Positions 1 through 9,791 of a stretch of 49,549 bases of DNA are shown here, piece after piece. Position numbers and translations under genes: made by a program. The DNA comes from a virus (Duplodnaviria > Caudoviricetes). Numbering within the stretch: the stretch's first letter is position 1; every line of letters starts with the position of its first letter. The notes under the pieces were generated by a model. The model saw only the letters and a program-made list of their open reading frames with translations. It had not been told where the DNA came from and ran no database searches. The DNA lies in the IMG/VR virus record IMGVR_UViG_3300047509_000025, positions 1 through 49,549 of that record; one strand, given 5' to 3'.

Positions 1-15
1 CCACCAGCCCACAAG

Positions 16-372
16 TCACACCATGGACAGCCAGGTAACGATCTCGACCTGGTGATCCCCCACAGCGCGCGCGGCCCCTTCGGCGATATAGTTGCCGAGA
101 AGGGCGCCGGCCAGCCCCATCAACGTGAACGCCGCGATGACCATGTCACGTAACCGCGGCTCACGATCGAGCGCCAGCGGCACCCACCCGGCCAGCCCGC
201 CCATGAACTTTGCATCGGCCATCGGCACCACCGTCGATGACTCGAGCCGGTCGACGCCATTGCCCATATCCCGGATCAGCATCAGCAGCGCCTTGCCCTG
301 GAATGCCGCAACAGCATCAATATTCCTATGCGCCGCCAAATGCAGCGCTGAGATCGAAAACGAGTCCGGCAT
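16..372 (-). CDS. Hypothetical protein
   Basis: 118-aa ORF with one hydrophobic stretch and a weak GGGAG upstream; no recognisable motif. Confidence 0.3.
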   Translation of the reverse strand: MPDSFSISALHLAAHRNIDAVAAFQGKALLMLIRDMGNGVDRLESSTVVPMADAKFMGGLAGWVPLALDREPRLRDMVIAAFTLMGLAGALLGNYIAEGAARAVGDHQVEIVTWLSMV

Positions 373-435
373 AACCTTGGAGCTCCCACGCGGATGGATC
401 TGTCTTCTATTCAGGCCAGTTCACAGGTTTCCATC

Positions 436-474
436 TGGTTCGATTGTGATACCATCGGTTATCAATCGAGTCCA
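436..474. promoter_or_regulatory. Tandem 19-bp operator-like boxes upstream of terS
   Basis: TGGTTCGATTGTGATACCA (436-454) and degenerate CGGTTATCAATCGAGTCCA (456-474). Confidence 0.65.
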
Positions 475-593
475 GCGCGATGTAACAAGATTCGCGCCAA
501 ATCGGCCCAGGAGTCAACGGCGTTTCGCGGGTCAAGAGAAATAAATAGGGCATCAACAAGTCATGCGGATGGCATGAATAAGGCGAAGGTAAC

Positions 594-1283
594 GTGGATA
601 AGAATAAAGGTTCAACCAAGGGCGCTGCGGTCCATACGGCGGTCGAAACTAAACGCAAGGTCATCGACTGGGAAGCGGTCGAAATGCAGTACCGCGCCGG
701 CACCCGCTCCCTGAAGGAGATCGGCGCCGAGTTCGGCGTTTCCGACGCTGGCATCATCAAGCGCGCCAAGCGCGATGGCTGGGCCCGCGACCTGAAGGCA
801 AAGATCCAGGCCAAGGCCGATGCGAAGGTTAGTGCCTCGCTGGTTAGTGCTGAGGTTAGCGCCGGAAGGAAACTAACCGAACAGGTGGTGGTCGAGGCCA
901 ACGCCAATGCCCAAGCGACCGTTCGCCTGGCCCATCGCAACGATATTTCGCGCGGCCGGCGCCTGGCCATCGCCCTGCTGGAGGAACTGGAGCAGGAGAC
1001 CGGCAACATCGACCTGTTCCACGAGCTGGGCGAACTGCTGCGCAACGAGGACGACAAGGGGCAGGACAAGCGCAACGACCTGTACATGAAGATCATCTCC
1101 AGCGCCGGCCGCGTCGACAGCATGAAGAAGCTGGCCGACACCATGAAGACGCTGATTTCCATGGAGCGCGAGGCTTACGGGATCAAGGACGAGGGCGAGA
1201 CGGCTGTGAGCGCGCTGGGCGAACTGCTCAAGCAGGTGAGCGGCACCGGCCTGCCGATCGTCAAGGACGACGCTGACGAATGA
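594..1283 (+). CDS. terS: Terminase small subunit
   Basis: N-terminal HTH DWEAVEMQYRAG..SLKEIGAEFGVS..IIKRAKRDGW typical of TerS; lies upstream of terL. Confidence 0.85.
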   Translation: MDKNKGSTKGAAVHTAVETKRKVIDWEAVEMQYRAGTRSLKEIGAEFGVSDAGIIKRAKRDGWARDLKAKIQAKADAKVSASLVSAEVSAGRKLTEQVVVEANANAQATVRLAHRNDISRGRRLAIALLEELEQETGNIDLFHELGELLRNEDDKGQDKRNDLYMKIISSAGRVDSMKKLADTMKTLISMEREAYGIKDEGETAVSALGELLKQVSGTGLPIVKDDADE

Positions 1284-2053
1284 AATACGACGAGACCACA
1301 GGCGGCGACATCTACGGCATCAGGTGCACTGTCACCGGGCGGCTGTACATTGGCTCGACCGTGGATGTCGCTCGCCGGTTCTACTTGCACCGCCGCGACC
1401 TCAAGCTTGGGAAGCATCACAGCCCTAAGCTGCAAAACGCCTGGAATAAGTACGGCGCGGACGCATTCGCGTTCGAAATTCTTGAGCGTGTTGGTGACGT
1501 CCTATTCCTGGTGGCGCGAGAGCAGTTCTGGATCTGGCGCAATGAGGCCATCATGCTCAATTGCTCCCCAACCGCTGGAAGCCCACTGGGCGTACGCCGC
1601 ACGGATGAGCAAAAGGCGCGCATGAGGGCCATCAAGGTTGCTTTCTATTCGACACCCGAAGGAAAGTGGCACCTGACTCGGATGCAAGCTGCGAATAAGG
1701 GGCGCAAACGCACGCCAGAGCAGCGCGCCAACCTATCGGCCGCGCTGAAAGGCAAAAAGCTGGGTCGGGAATGGACCGAGCAAGCGCGTGCGGAACATTC
1801 TTTGGTAATGGCAGGGCGCAAGATGCCCCCGGTATCAGATGAAACGAAGCGCCGCATATCTGAGGCATTGGTTGGGAAGAAGCTGACTGCACAGTGCATT
1901 CAGGCGTCCATCGAAAGCCGCACAGAATTCATTGCAAAAGAGCTGCCATTTTGGCGATCGCTCATGAATGAAGGCAAAAGTATCCGAGAGATAGAAAGAA
2001 TCACAGGCCGTGCACGAAAGATCATCGCACGGGAATTGAAGGCAGTCGCATGA
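1280..2053 (+). CDS. Free-standing GIY-YIG homing endonuclease with NUMOD3-like repeats
   Basis: DIYGIRCTVTGRLYIGST, R..H, LQNAWNKYG, REQFWI motifs; repeated 'E.KARM/E.RANLS/ETKRRISEA' units; ATGA overlaps with both neighbours; lower GC. Confidence 0.9.
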   Translation: MKYDETTGGDIYGIRCTVTGRLYIGSTVDVARRFYLHRRDLKLGKHHSPKLQNAWNKYGADAFAFEILERVGDVLFLVAREQFWIWRNEAIMLNCSPTAGSPLGVRRTDEQKARMRAIKVAFYSTPEGKWHLTRMQAANKGRKRTPEQRANLSAALKGKKLGREWTEQARAEHSLVMAGRKMPPVSDETKRRISEALVGKKLTAQCIQASIESRTEFIAKELPFWRSLMNEGKSIREIERITGRARKIIARELKAVA

Positions 2054-3579
2054 GCGATGAAATGACCGCAGAGCAGTTGAAGGTAATTCTTTCCGACCCA
2101 ATGAAAAGGATCAGCTCGCTCTATAAAATCCTCATCAAGGGCGAAGAAGGCGACGACAACCTGGTGCTGCAGTTCAAGCCAAACCGGGCCCAGCGCCGCT
2201 TCATCGCAAGATTGCACCATAGAAATATTATCTTGAAGGCCCGGCAATTGGGCTTCACGACTCTGATCGCCATTGTCTGGCTGGACCACGCCCTGTTCAA
2301 CGCCAACGTCCGCTGCGGCATCATCGCCCAGGACCGCGAGGCGGCCGAGGCCATCTTCCGCGACAAGGTGAAGTTCGCCTACGAGAACCTGCCGCCTGCG
2401 CTACGTCAAGCGATGCCGCTCAAGCGCGACAGCGCCACCGAGCTGCTGTTCGGCCACAACAACAGCGCCATCCGCGTGGCCACGTCCATGCGATCGGGCA
2501 CGATCCACCGCCTGCACGTGTCCGAGTTCGGAAAAATCTGCGCCAAGTTCCCCGACAAGGCCAAGGAAGTGGTGACCGGCTCGATCCCGGCCGTGCCGCT
2601 GTCGGGCATCCTGGTCATCGAGAGTACCGCCGAGGGCAGGGAAGGCGAGTTCTTCGACATGACCGAGCGCGCCATCGCGCTCAAGCAGGGCAACAAGATC
2701 CTGACGAACCGCGACTACCGCTTCCACTTCTTCCCGTGGTTCGAGGCCCCCGAGTACCGCATGGCGCCGGACACGGTCATCATCACGGACAGGGACAACG
2801 AGTATTTCGACAGCATCGAGGCGTCCGAGGATGTGACGATCGAACCAGAGCAGCGCGCCTGGTACGTGGCCACCCGCAACGCCGACTTCCCGAACAAGCC
2901 CGAACGGATGTGGCAGGAGTACCCCAGCTCGCCGGCCGAAGCGTTCCAGAAGTCGACCGAGGGCACCTACTACGTCAACGAACTGGCGCTGGCCCGCAAG
3001 CAGGGCCGCATCACCGTCGTGCCGTGGGAGCAGTCGATCCCGGTGAACACCTTCTGGGACATCGGGCTCAACGACGAGATGGCCATCTGGTTCCACCAGC
3101 GCATCGGCGCCCAGAACCGCTTCATCCGGTACTACGAGAACAGCGGCGAGACGTTCAGCCATTACGTCCACTACATGCAGTCGCTCGGCTACATCTGGGG
3201 CAAGCACTACCTGCCGCACGACGGCGACACCAAGCGCCTGGGCACGGTCCAGAATTGGACGCCGAAGCAGATGCTGGAAGACCTGAAGCTGCGCAACATC
3301 GAGATCGTCGAGCGCATCGACCGCGTGCAAACCGGCATCCAGATGGTGCGCGACGTGTTCGGTTCGTGCTGGTTCGACGAGCGCGATTGCAGCCAGGGAG
3401 TCAAGCACCTGGAGAACTACCGCAAGGAATGGGACACGCGGCTGGCAACATGGAAGGACGAGCCGCGGCACGACAAGGCATCGAACGGGGCGGACGCGCT
3501 GCGCGGCTTCGCCCAAGGCTACGAAGCCAGCACAGGAGGCGCTTGGAAGCGCAAAAAATCAAGCTGGCGCACGGCATAG
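2050..3579 (+). CDS. terL: Terminase large subunit
   Basis: Walker A-like ILKARQLGFTT, Walker B LHVSE, coupling motif IESTA, nuclease WDIG..D, PHD and PRHD..SNGADA. Confidence 0.95.
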   Translation: MSDEMTAEQLKVILSDPMKRISSLYKILIKGEEGDDNLVLQFKPNRAQRRFIARLHHRNIILKARQLGFTTLIAIVWLDHALFNANVRCGIIAQDREAAEAIFRDKVKFAYENLPPALRQAMPLKRDSATELLFGHNNSAIRVATSMRSGTIHRLHVSEFGKICAKFPDKAKEVVTGSIPAVPLSGILVIESTAEGREGEFFDMTERAIALKQGNKILTNRDYRFHFFPWFEAPEYRMAPDTVIITDRDNEYFDSIEASEDVTIEPEQRAWYVATRNADFPNKPERMWQEYPSSPAEAFQKSTEGTYYVNELALARKQGRITVVPWEQSIPVNTFWDIGLNDEMAIWFHQRIGAQNRFIRYYENSGETFSHYVHYMQSLGYIWGKHYLPHDGDTKRLGTVQNWTPKQMLEDLKLRNIEIVERIDRVQTGIQMVRDVFGSCWFDERDCSQGVKHLENYRKEWDTRLATWKDEPRHDKASNGADALRGFAQGYEASTGGAWKRKKSSWRTA

Positions 3580-3608
3580 GGCCGGCGTCTATAACAGGGA
3601 GAGAAGCC

Positions 3609-3878
3609 ATGCAATTTTACGAGAGACTGCCGCAGTTCAGCGCCATCCAGTTCGACGGCACTACCGAGAGCGTCGATAAGATGCGGCGAAGGCTGCTCAT
3701 TAAGCTCATCAAAACCACTATCGAGACCGATATCAGCGGCACGGTATTGCGTCTGAAGACCAACAATGCCGAGCACACCATACAGAACGGCGACTGGCTG
3801 GTACGCGATCCTGCTGGCACCAGTAGTGTGATGACGTCCGACGACTTCAACGAGCGCTTCGCACCGGTGGAACCATGA
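3609..3878 (+). CDS. Small phage protein (AIQF..G...GDWLVRD..G.....DDF type), 89 aa
   Basis: GGGAGAG RBS then ATG 3609; C-terminal part of the 2736..3878 ORF; motif pattern common in small phage proteins. Confidence 0.75.
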   Translation: MQFYERLPQFSAIQFDGTTESVDKMRRRLLIKLIKTTIETDISGTVLRLKTNNAEHTIQNGDWLVRDPAGTSSVMTSDDFNERFAPVEP

Positions 3879-4306
3879 CCGAACCACGCCACGCCATCGA
3901 CCTGACCCGCCACAGCTTCGTGCGCCACCTGGGCGACCTGAGCATCTACGGTTCGTGGATCTACAACAACGACCAGGAGACCGAAGAACCCTGCCTTGTG
4001 GTCATCCCGCGCTACCAGAAGCAAGGATTCAAGCCTTGCGTCGTAGCATTATCGGCTGCCTACAAGTACAATGACCCTCGTTATCTGGCCCGTGTCTCGT
4101 GGGAATTCCTGTCGTTGCTGGGCTTCGCGCAGACGCCGAGCGAGGGCCACAAGGTCGCCAGCCTGATCCACGACCACCTGGGCGACCTGCTGACCATGCC
4201 GCCGAACCCGACCAGCGTGATCGTGGTGGCCGATGCGACGATCGGCACGGGCTTGGGCAAGCGCTCGCTCGAGATCGTCGAATACGTTCCGCTGCAGCAG
4301 TCGTAA
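3875..4306 (+). CDS. Hypothetical phage protein
   Basis: 143 aa, ATGA-coupled, phage-like codon usage, lies between terL and portal. Confidence 0.8.
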   Translation: MTEPRHAIDLTRHSFVRHLGDLSIYGSWIYNNDQETEEPCLVVIPRYQKQGFKPCVVALSAAYKYNDPRYLARVSWEFLSLLGFAQTPSEGHKVASLIHDHLGDLLTMPPNPTSVIVVADATIGTGLGKRSLEIVEYVPLQQS

Positions 4307-4320
4307 TCCAAGGAGATGCA

Positions 4321-4518
4321 ATGAGCGACCAAACTTCCTTCCTCCCGACACTGCCGATCGAAGGACCGCCATGCGCCGGATGCCGGCATTGGAAGCCGCA
4401 GCAGAAGGTGATGCACACGGCGCGCGGATTCATGTTCGATGGGACGCGCCTTTGCCATTCGAATGAGATGTACAGCGACTTTTCGTGTTTCGATGCGAAA
4501 AACCCTGAGCAATCGTAA
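4321..4518 (+). CDS. Small Cys-rich protein (65 aa)
   Basis: AAGGAG RBS, ATG 4321; CAGC.HW...C...C. Confidence 0.7.
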   Translation: MSDQTSFLPTLPIEGPPCAGCRHWKPQQKVMHTARGFMFDGTRLCHSNEMYSDFSCFDAKNPEQS

Positions 4519-4539
4519 TTACAACTGATTGGGGAACCC

Positions 4540-6801
4540 ATGGACCTGCAAGACGACACCCTGACCCGCACCAAGAAGGGTTCCCCCGAAGATCGGCTGC
4601 CCGATGGCGAGGCTTACGAGGAGGAGCAGCCCGACCATCCGATGGACGCGCGCGAGATCCGCGAGCGGCACGCCATGCTGGTGTCGAAGTACCGCCACGA
4701 GCTCGAAGTGCAGGCCGACAACCGCGCCGAGATGGCGATCGACGAGGATTATTACGACCACATCCAGCTCACCGCCGAGCAGGTCAAGGAGCTCGAAGAC
4801 CGCGGCCAGGCGCCGATCGTCTACAACGTCATCGCCCAGACTGTTAACTGGGTGATCGGGTCCGAGAAGCGCGGGCGCACCGACTTCAAGATCCTGCCGC
4901 GCGGCAAGGAGGACGCCAAGCCGGCCGAGGCCAAGACCAAGTACATGAAGTACGTGTCGGACATCCACCGCACGCCGTTCAACCGCTCGCGCAGTTTTGA
5001 AGACGGCGTCAAGGTCGGCTTAGGCTGGATCGAAACCTGCGTGCCGGACGAGGACGACGACGAGCCGACCGGCGACCGTTACGAATCCTGGCGCAACATG
5101 CTGTACGACAGCGCATCGTCGGCGATGGACACGAGCGACATGCGCTACCAGTTCCGCTCGAAGTGGCTCGACGAGGACATTGCGATCGCCATGTTCCCGC
5201 ACTGCGCCGACAAGATCCGCGATTCGGTATCCGAGGTCAGCAGCTGGGGATCGACCGCGATGCTGGACGGCGACCAGGCGATGGACGGCGCCGAGGCCGG
5301 CCGCGAACTGTTCGGCGGCGCTAACCCGATCTACCTGTACAAGCGGCGCCGGGTGCGCATGATCGAAGCCTGGTACCGCGAGCCGATGACAGTGCAGAAG
5401 ATCCGCGGCGGCGCGTTCAAGGGCGACATCTACGACGAGAACGACCCGCGCCACGCCGACGAGGTGCAGACCGGCCGCGCCACGCTGCACGAGAAGGTCG
5501 TCATGCGCGTGCGCGTGATGTTCATGACCGTCACCCACCCGCTGTACGATGACCTGAGCCCGTTCAAGCACAATCGCCTGAAGTTCATCCCGGTGTGGGG
5601 CTACCGGCGCGGGCGCGACAACCTCCCATACGGCATCATCCGCGGCCTGCGCGGGCCACAGGACGGCGTGAACAAGCGTGCATCGAAGGCGCTGTACATC
5701 ATGTCGACCAACAAGGTGCTGATGGAAGAGAACATCCTGCCGGACGACGTCACGCCGGACGACTTCGCCGAGGAAGTCTCGCGCCCGGACGCGATCATCC
5801 GGGTCAAGTCCGGCAAGATCGGGGCGATCGCCTTGAACGTCGACCGCGAACTGGCGCCGGCCCACATGGAGCAGATGAGCCGCGACATCGCCATGATCCA
5901 GCAGGTGGGCGGTGTCACCGACGAGCTGCTGGGCAAGACCACCAACGCGCAGTCGGGCGTCGCGGTCAAGGCGCGCCAGGAGCAGGGCAGCCTGGCGACC
6001 AGCAAGTTCTTCGACAACCTGCGCTTCGCCGCCCAGCTCCACGGTGAGATCACGCTGTGCAACATCGAGCAGTTCGTGACCGAGCAGAAGCAGTTCCGCG
6101 TCACCAACCAGCGCGGCACGCCGGAATACATCACGATGAACGACGGCCTGCCCGAGAACGACATCACGCGCTCGAAGGCGGACTTCGTCATTTCCGAGTC
6201 GGACTACCGCGCCACCATGCGCCAGGCATCGCTCGAGGTGCTGACCGAGATGATCTCGAAGATGCCGGCCGAAGTGGGCATGGCGCTGCTGGACCTGGTG
6301 GTCGAACTGATGGACGTCGAGAACCGCGACGAGATCGCCAAGCGCGTGCGCGGCATCAATGGCATGCGCGACCCGGACGCCACCGAGCTGACGCCCGAGG
6401 AACAGGCCAGCATGGCGGCCAAGCAGGAAGCCGACGCCGCGCAGAAGGAAATGTTCATGGCCGAGTTGCGCGAGAAGAACGCCAAGGCCGCCAAAGCCGA
6501 GGCCGACACCGACCTGACCAAGGGCAAGACGGTTGAAGCAGCCATGAACGCCGCCTCGCTGGCAATGACCGCGGCCACCGCTGTGATCCAGATGCCGACG
6601 ATTGCCAAGGTGGCCGACAACCTGCTGATCGAGGGCGGATGGAACGGTGGCACGCCGGTTCCGTCCGGCATGATGCCGACCGCCGCGCAAGGAATGCCGC
6701 AAGGGATGAACCCGGCGGCGCAACAGCCACCGGCACCGCCAGAGCAGATGGTGCCGCCCGTGGAACAGCAACCACAACCACAACAAGGAGCAGTTCAATG
6801 A
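4540..6801 (+). CDS. Portal protein
   Basis: DEDYYD..Q, RGQAPIVYNVI, GLGWIE, PQDGVNKRASK, SGVAVKARQEQG motifs of P22-like portals; Gln/Pro-rich tail. Confidence 0.92.
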   Translation: MDLQDDTLTRTKKGSPEDRLPDGEAYEEEQPDHPMDAREIRERHAMLVSKYRHELEVQADNRAEMAIDEDYYDHIQLTAEQVKELEDRGQAPIVYNVIAQTVNWVIGSEKRGRTDFKILPRGKEDAKPAEAKTKYMKYVSDIHRTPFNRSRSFEDGVKVGLGWIETCVPDEDDDEPTGDRYESWRNMLYDSASSAMDTSDMRYQFRSKWLDEDIAIAMFPHCADKIRDSVSEVSSWGSTAMLDGDQAMDGAEAGRELFGGANPIYLYKRRRVRMIEAWYREPMTVQKIRGGAFKGDIYDENDPRHADEVQTGRATLHEKVVMRVRVMFMTVTHPLYDDLSPFKHNRLKFIPVWGYRRGRDNLPYGIIRGLRGPQDGVNKRASKALYIMSTNKVLMEENILPDDVTPDDFAEEVSRPDAIIRVKSGKIGAIALNVDRELAPAHMEQMSRDIAMIQQVGGVTDELLGKTTNAQSGVAVKARQEQGSLATSKFFDNLRFAAQLHGEITLCNIEQFVTEQKQFRVTNQRGTPEYITMNDGLPENDITRSKADFVISESDYRATMRQASLEVLTEMISKMPAEVGMALLDLVVELMDVENRDEIAKRVRGINGMRDPDATELTPEEQASMAAKQEADAAQKEMFMAELREKNAKAAKAEADTDLTKGKTVEAAMNAASLAMTAATAVIQMPTIAKVADNLLIEGGWNGGTPVPSGMMPTAAQGMPQGMNPAAQQPPAPPEQMVPPVEQQPQPQQGAVQ

Positions 6802-7766
6802 GCACAGCAGACAATGACGGTATGGACGGCCTGACCCCGGAAGAGATCGCAGCGCTGACGGCGCCGGACGACGAAGATCCGAACGCCACCCAGGGCGCAC
6901 TGGAAGACAAGACCGCGGCGACCGAACTGGCCGCATCGACCGAAGCCGAGGAAGACAACAAGGCAGGGGGCAAGGATGGCGCTGAAGAAAAAAAGTCTGG
7001 CGATGTCGCTGGCGCTAACACTGACCCTGCCGCTGATGTTGCAGCAGCCGCTGCTGCGCCAGCCGGTGCCGACCCTGCCGCAACTGCCGCCTCCAGCGAA
7101 TCGAGCCCAGCGCCGGGCGCGCCGATCTACGTAGCCGAAGCGCCGGCCGACGCCGAAGCGAAGCTGGCCGAGATCGCCACCAAGAAGGGCGACCTGCTGA
7201 CCCTGTTCGACGATGGCGAAATCACCGCCAAGGAATACCAGTCCAAGGTCGACGCGCTGACGAAGGACGAGCGGGCCATCGAGCGCGCCCAGGACCGGGC
7301 CGAGATCGCGGCCGACATGGAGCAGCAGCGCCTGAAGAACCAGTGGGATACCGACTGCAACGCCTTCATGGGCAAGCACAAGGACACCTACGACGGCGAA
7401 GCGAACAAGGAAGTGTTCGCGCACCTGAACGAAACCATCATCGCGTTCGCCAAGATGCCGCGCAACGCCGGGATCTCTGGCCCGGAGCTGCTTGCCAAGG
7501 CGCACAAGGCGGTGATGGCCGAGCGCGGCACGCCGGTTGCCGATACCCCGGCCGCAGCCAAGCCGGCGCCAGCAGCACCGAAGCCAGGTGCGCCGAAGCC
7601 TGCCCTGCCGCCGGACATGAGCAAGATGCCGTCGGCGTCGAGCAACGATCCTGGCGAGGGGCGCTTCGCCAGCCTGGACCGCCTGCAAACGGAGAACCCG
7701 GCAGCCTACGAGGCGGCACTGGCGAAGCTGTCGGGCGCCGAGCAAGACGCCTACCTGTCCGCCTGA
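6798..7766 (+). CDS. Scaffolding protein (putative)
   Basis: AAGGAG RBS, ATG 6798 overlapping portal stop; acidic Ala-rich N-terminus, coiled coil, short C-terminal helix; lies between portal and capsid. Confidence 0.75.
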   Translation: MSTADNDGMDGLTPEEIAALTAPDDEDPNATQGALEDKTAATELAASTEAEEDNKAGGKDGAEEKKSGDVAGANTDPAADVAAAAAAPAGADPAATAASSESSPAPGAPIYVAEAPADAEAKLAEIATKKGDLLTLFDDGEITAKEYQSKVDALTKDERAIERAQDRAEIAADMEQQRLKNQWDTDCNAFMGKHKDTYDGEANKEVFAHLNETIIAFAKMPRNAGISGPELLAKAHKAVMAERGTPVADTPAAAKPAPAAPKPGAPKPALPPDMSKMPSASSNDPGEGRFASLDRLQTENPAAYEAALAKLSGAEQDAYLSA

Positions 7767-7787
7767 TCCAACCATTGTGAGGACGAC

Positions 7788-7979
7788 TTGCTCAACATAG
7801 ACCTTCGCCCCGGCCAGTCGATCTCGATCGGCAGTTCAGTGATCACCCTCGAGTCGAAGTCGGGCCAGGTGGCGCGGCTTTCGATCGTGGCCGACAAGTC
7901 GATCCCGGTGCGGCGGGTAATGGAGCAAGGCGGCATCGCGCAACTGGCCGCGGAACAAGGGATCACCCGCAAGGCATGA
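7788..7979 (+). CDS. CsrA/RsmA-like small RNA-binding protein
   Basis: MLNIDLRPGQSISIG..VITL...SGQVARLSIVADKSIPVRR aligns by eye to the CsrA pattern MLILTRRVGETLMIG..VTV...GNQVRIGVNAPKEVSVHR; GAGGA RBS, TTG start. Confidence 0.7.
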   Translation: MLNIDLRPGQSISIGSSVITLESKSGQVARLSIVADKSIPVRRVMEQGGIAQLAAEQGITRKA

Positions 7980-7999
7980 TTTCTTTTTCGCGGCCAATA

Positions 8000-8038
8000 T
8001 GGTTGCGTTTTCAAACCACATACGGCAAAATCGCACCA
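8000..8038 (+). promoter_or_regulatory. Operator pair and putative promoter of capsid operon
   Basis: TGGTTGCGTTTTCAAACCA (8000-8018) plus half-conserved ..AAAATCGCACCA (to 8038); TTGCGT-N17-CAAAAT. Confidence 0.6.
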
Positions 8039-8050
8039 TCCGCAAACGCA

Positions 8051-8092
8051 GGAGTGTCTGGGGATTCCATCAATCCTTTAAAAAGGCACTCC
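8051..8092 (+). promoter_or_regulatory. Leader hairpin covering the capsid initiation region
   Basis: GGAGTGTC pairs with GGCACTCC; inner GGGATT pairs with AATCCT; ends 1 nt before the ATG. Confidence 0.55.
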
Positions 8093-8093
8093 C

Positions 8094-9194
8094 ATGAGCT
8101 CGACTGTATTCGGCACTTCCGATCCCAAGACCCAAAAGAAGTGGTCCGCCACCCTCGCTGTTGACCAGGCCAAGAAGTCCTACTTCGAAGGCCGCTTCAT
8201 CGGCACCGATGACAACAACATCATCCAGCGCAAGAACGATCTCGAATCGGATGCGGGCGACCGCGTCTCGTTCGACCTGTGCGTCCAGCTCCGCAACCAG
8301 CCGACCTTCGGCGACGCCAAGCTGGAAGGCCGCGAGGAAGCGCTGAAGTTCTTCACCGATGAAGTGATCATCGACCAGGTCCGCCACGCCGTCTCGTGCG
8401 GCGGCAAGATGAGCCGCAAGCGCATCGTCCACGACGTGCGCAAGGTCGGCAAGGGGCGCCTGGGCGACTACTTCGCGCGCCTGGTCGACGAGTTCTTCTT
8501 CATGTACTTGTCCGGCGCGCGCGGCGTGAACGAAGACTTCATCATGGGCACCGGCTTCACCGGCTTCGCGGGCAACACCCTGCAGGCGCCGGACACCGAC
8601 CACCTGATGTACGGCGGCGTGGCCACCTCGAAGGCGACCCTTGCCACCACCGACAAGATGACCCGCGTGGTGATCGAGAAGGCGCAGAACAAGGCCAAGA
8701 TGATGCAGGCTCGTAACCCTGACACCGCCAACATGGTGCCAGTGTCGAACGGCGCCGACGACCAGTACGTCTGCCTGATGGGCGAAGACCAAGCGTACGA
8801 CATGCGCGTGGCCGACACCACCGGCTGGCTGGACTTCCAGAAAGCTGCTGCTGCCGCAGAAGGCAAGAACAACCCGATCTTCAAAGGCGGCCTGGGCCTG
8901 CTGGGCAACACGGTGCTGCACTCGCACCGCTCGTCGATCCGCTTCACCGACTACGGCTCGGGCAGCACCGTTGCCGCCGGCCGCGCGCTGTTCCTGGGCC
9001 GCCAGGCTGGCGTCGTCGCCTACGGCAATGCCGGCGGTGGCATGCGCTTCACCTGGGAAGAGGAAGTCAAGGACTACGGCAATGAGCCGACCATCGCATC
9101 CGGCTTCATCGCCGGCATGAAGAAGGCGCGCTTCAACGGCAAGGACTTTGGCGTCATCTCGATCGACACCGCTGCCGCCAACCCGAACGCCTAA
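8094..9194 (+). CDS. Major capsid protein, N4-gp56 family
   Basis: LESDAGDRVSFDL, LEGREEALKF..D.V.IDQ.RHAV, NPIFKGGLG, KARFNGKDFGVISIDTA. Confidence 0.93.
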   Translation: MSSTVFGTSDPKTQKKWSATLAVDQAKKSYFEGRFIGTDDNNIIQRKNDLESDAGDRVSFDLCVQLRNQPTFGDAKLEGREEALKFFTDEVIIDQVRHAVSCGGKMSRKRIVHDVRKVGKGRLGDYFARLVDEFFFMYLSGARGVNEDFIMGTGFTGFAGNTLQAPDTDHLMYGGVATSKATLATTDKMTRVVIEKAQNKAKMMQARNPDTANMVPVSNGADDQYVCLMGEDQAYDMRVADTTGWLDFQKAAAAAEGKNNPIFKGGLGLLGNTVLHSHRSSIRFTDYGSGSTVAAGRALFLGRQAGVVAYGNAGGGMRFTWEEEVKDYGNEPTIASGFIAGMKKARFNGKDFGVISIDTAAANPNA

Positions 9195-9268
9195 TCGGAC
9201 TGGCCCGGTGTAACAGCCGGGTCATTCTGACAAAGCAGCGATTTCTCATTCAATTTTAGGAGCACATC

Positions 9269-9754
9269 ATGACTGTTGTTATCCGTCAATCCGACCACAT
9301 CAAGGGCATCCAGCCTACCGTCACCGCGGACAGCGCTGGCGACGTCGTGGTCAACGACTACTTCTACGACCTGCCGGCCGCGCAGAACTTGACCGGCGAC
9401 ATCATCGACCTGGGCATCCTGCCGGCCTACCACACGGTATCCGACATGATCCTGTTCGCCGATGACCTGGACACTGGCTCGGCTGCCATGACGCTGGACG
9501 TCGGTCTGATGTCCGGCACGCCGGGCGACACGACCAACACCCGCACCTGCGGCGCCGAGTTCTTCGCGGCATCCACGTCGGCGCAGGCATCGACGGTCGC
9601 CCGTCCGACGCTGAAGACCGCGTTCAACCAGATCTCCACCGAGCTGGACCGCTCGATCGGCGTGAAGGTGCTGCTGCAGGCCGCCACCGCTGCCGCCGGC
9701 CGCATCCGCCTGCGCGTGTTCATGCACGCGTCGGACCACAAGACGCAGTTCTAA
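9269..9754 (+). CDS. Virion structural protein (capsid decoration candidate)
   Basis: AGGAG RBS; GDIIDLGILP...DDLDTG...LDVG pattern; directly after the capsid gene and before a terminator. Confidence 0.65.
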   Translation: MTVVIRQSDHIKGIQPTVTADSAGDVVVNDYFYDLPAAQNLTGDIIDLGILPAYHTVSDMILFADDLDTGSAAMTLDVGLMSGTPGDTTNTRTCGAEFFAASTSAQASTVARPTLKTAFNQISTELDRSIGVKVLLQAATAAAGRIRLRVFMHASDHKTQF

Positions 9755-9767
9755 ACCGCATCACCCG

Positions 9768-9791
9768 GCGGGGGCTTCGGCTCCCGCTTTT
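9768..9791 (+). terminator. Rho-independent terminator
   Basis: GCGGGGGC-TTCG-GCTCCCGC-TTTT. Confidence 0.8.

Noticed and set aside
1280-2053. GIY-YIG gene as part of a group I intron or intein in the terminase
   Set aside because: Separate ORF with ATGA overlaps; terS and terL are each intact
2736-3608. Long 5' extensions of track ORFs (2736, 4099, 6639, 12100, 13696, 19888, 31218, 38113, 41693, 48719)
   Set aside because: They overlap real genes in another frame; downstream starts with an RBS or stop-start coupling were used instead
4020-4110. A/T-rich codon patch with TACAAT inside the 3875-4306 gene
   Set aside because: Could be an internal promoter, but there is no convincing -35 or operator box
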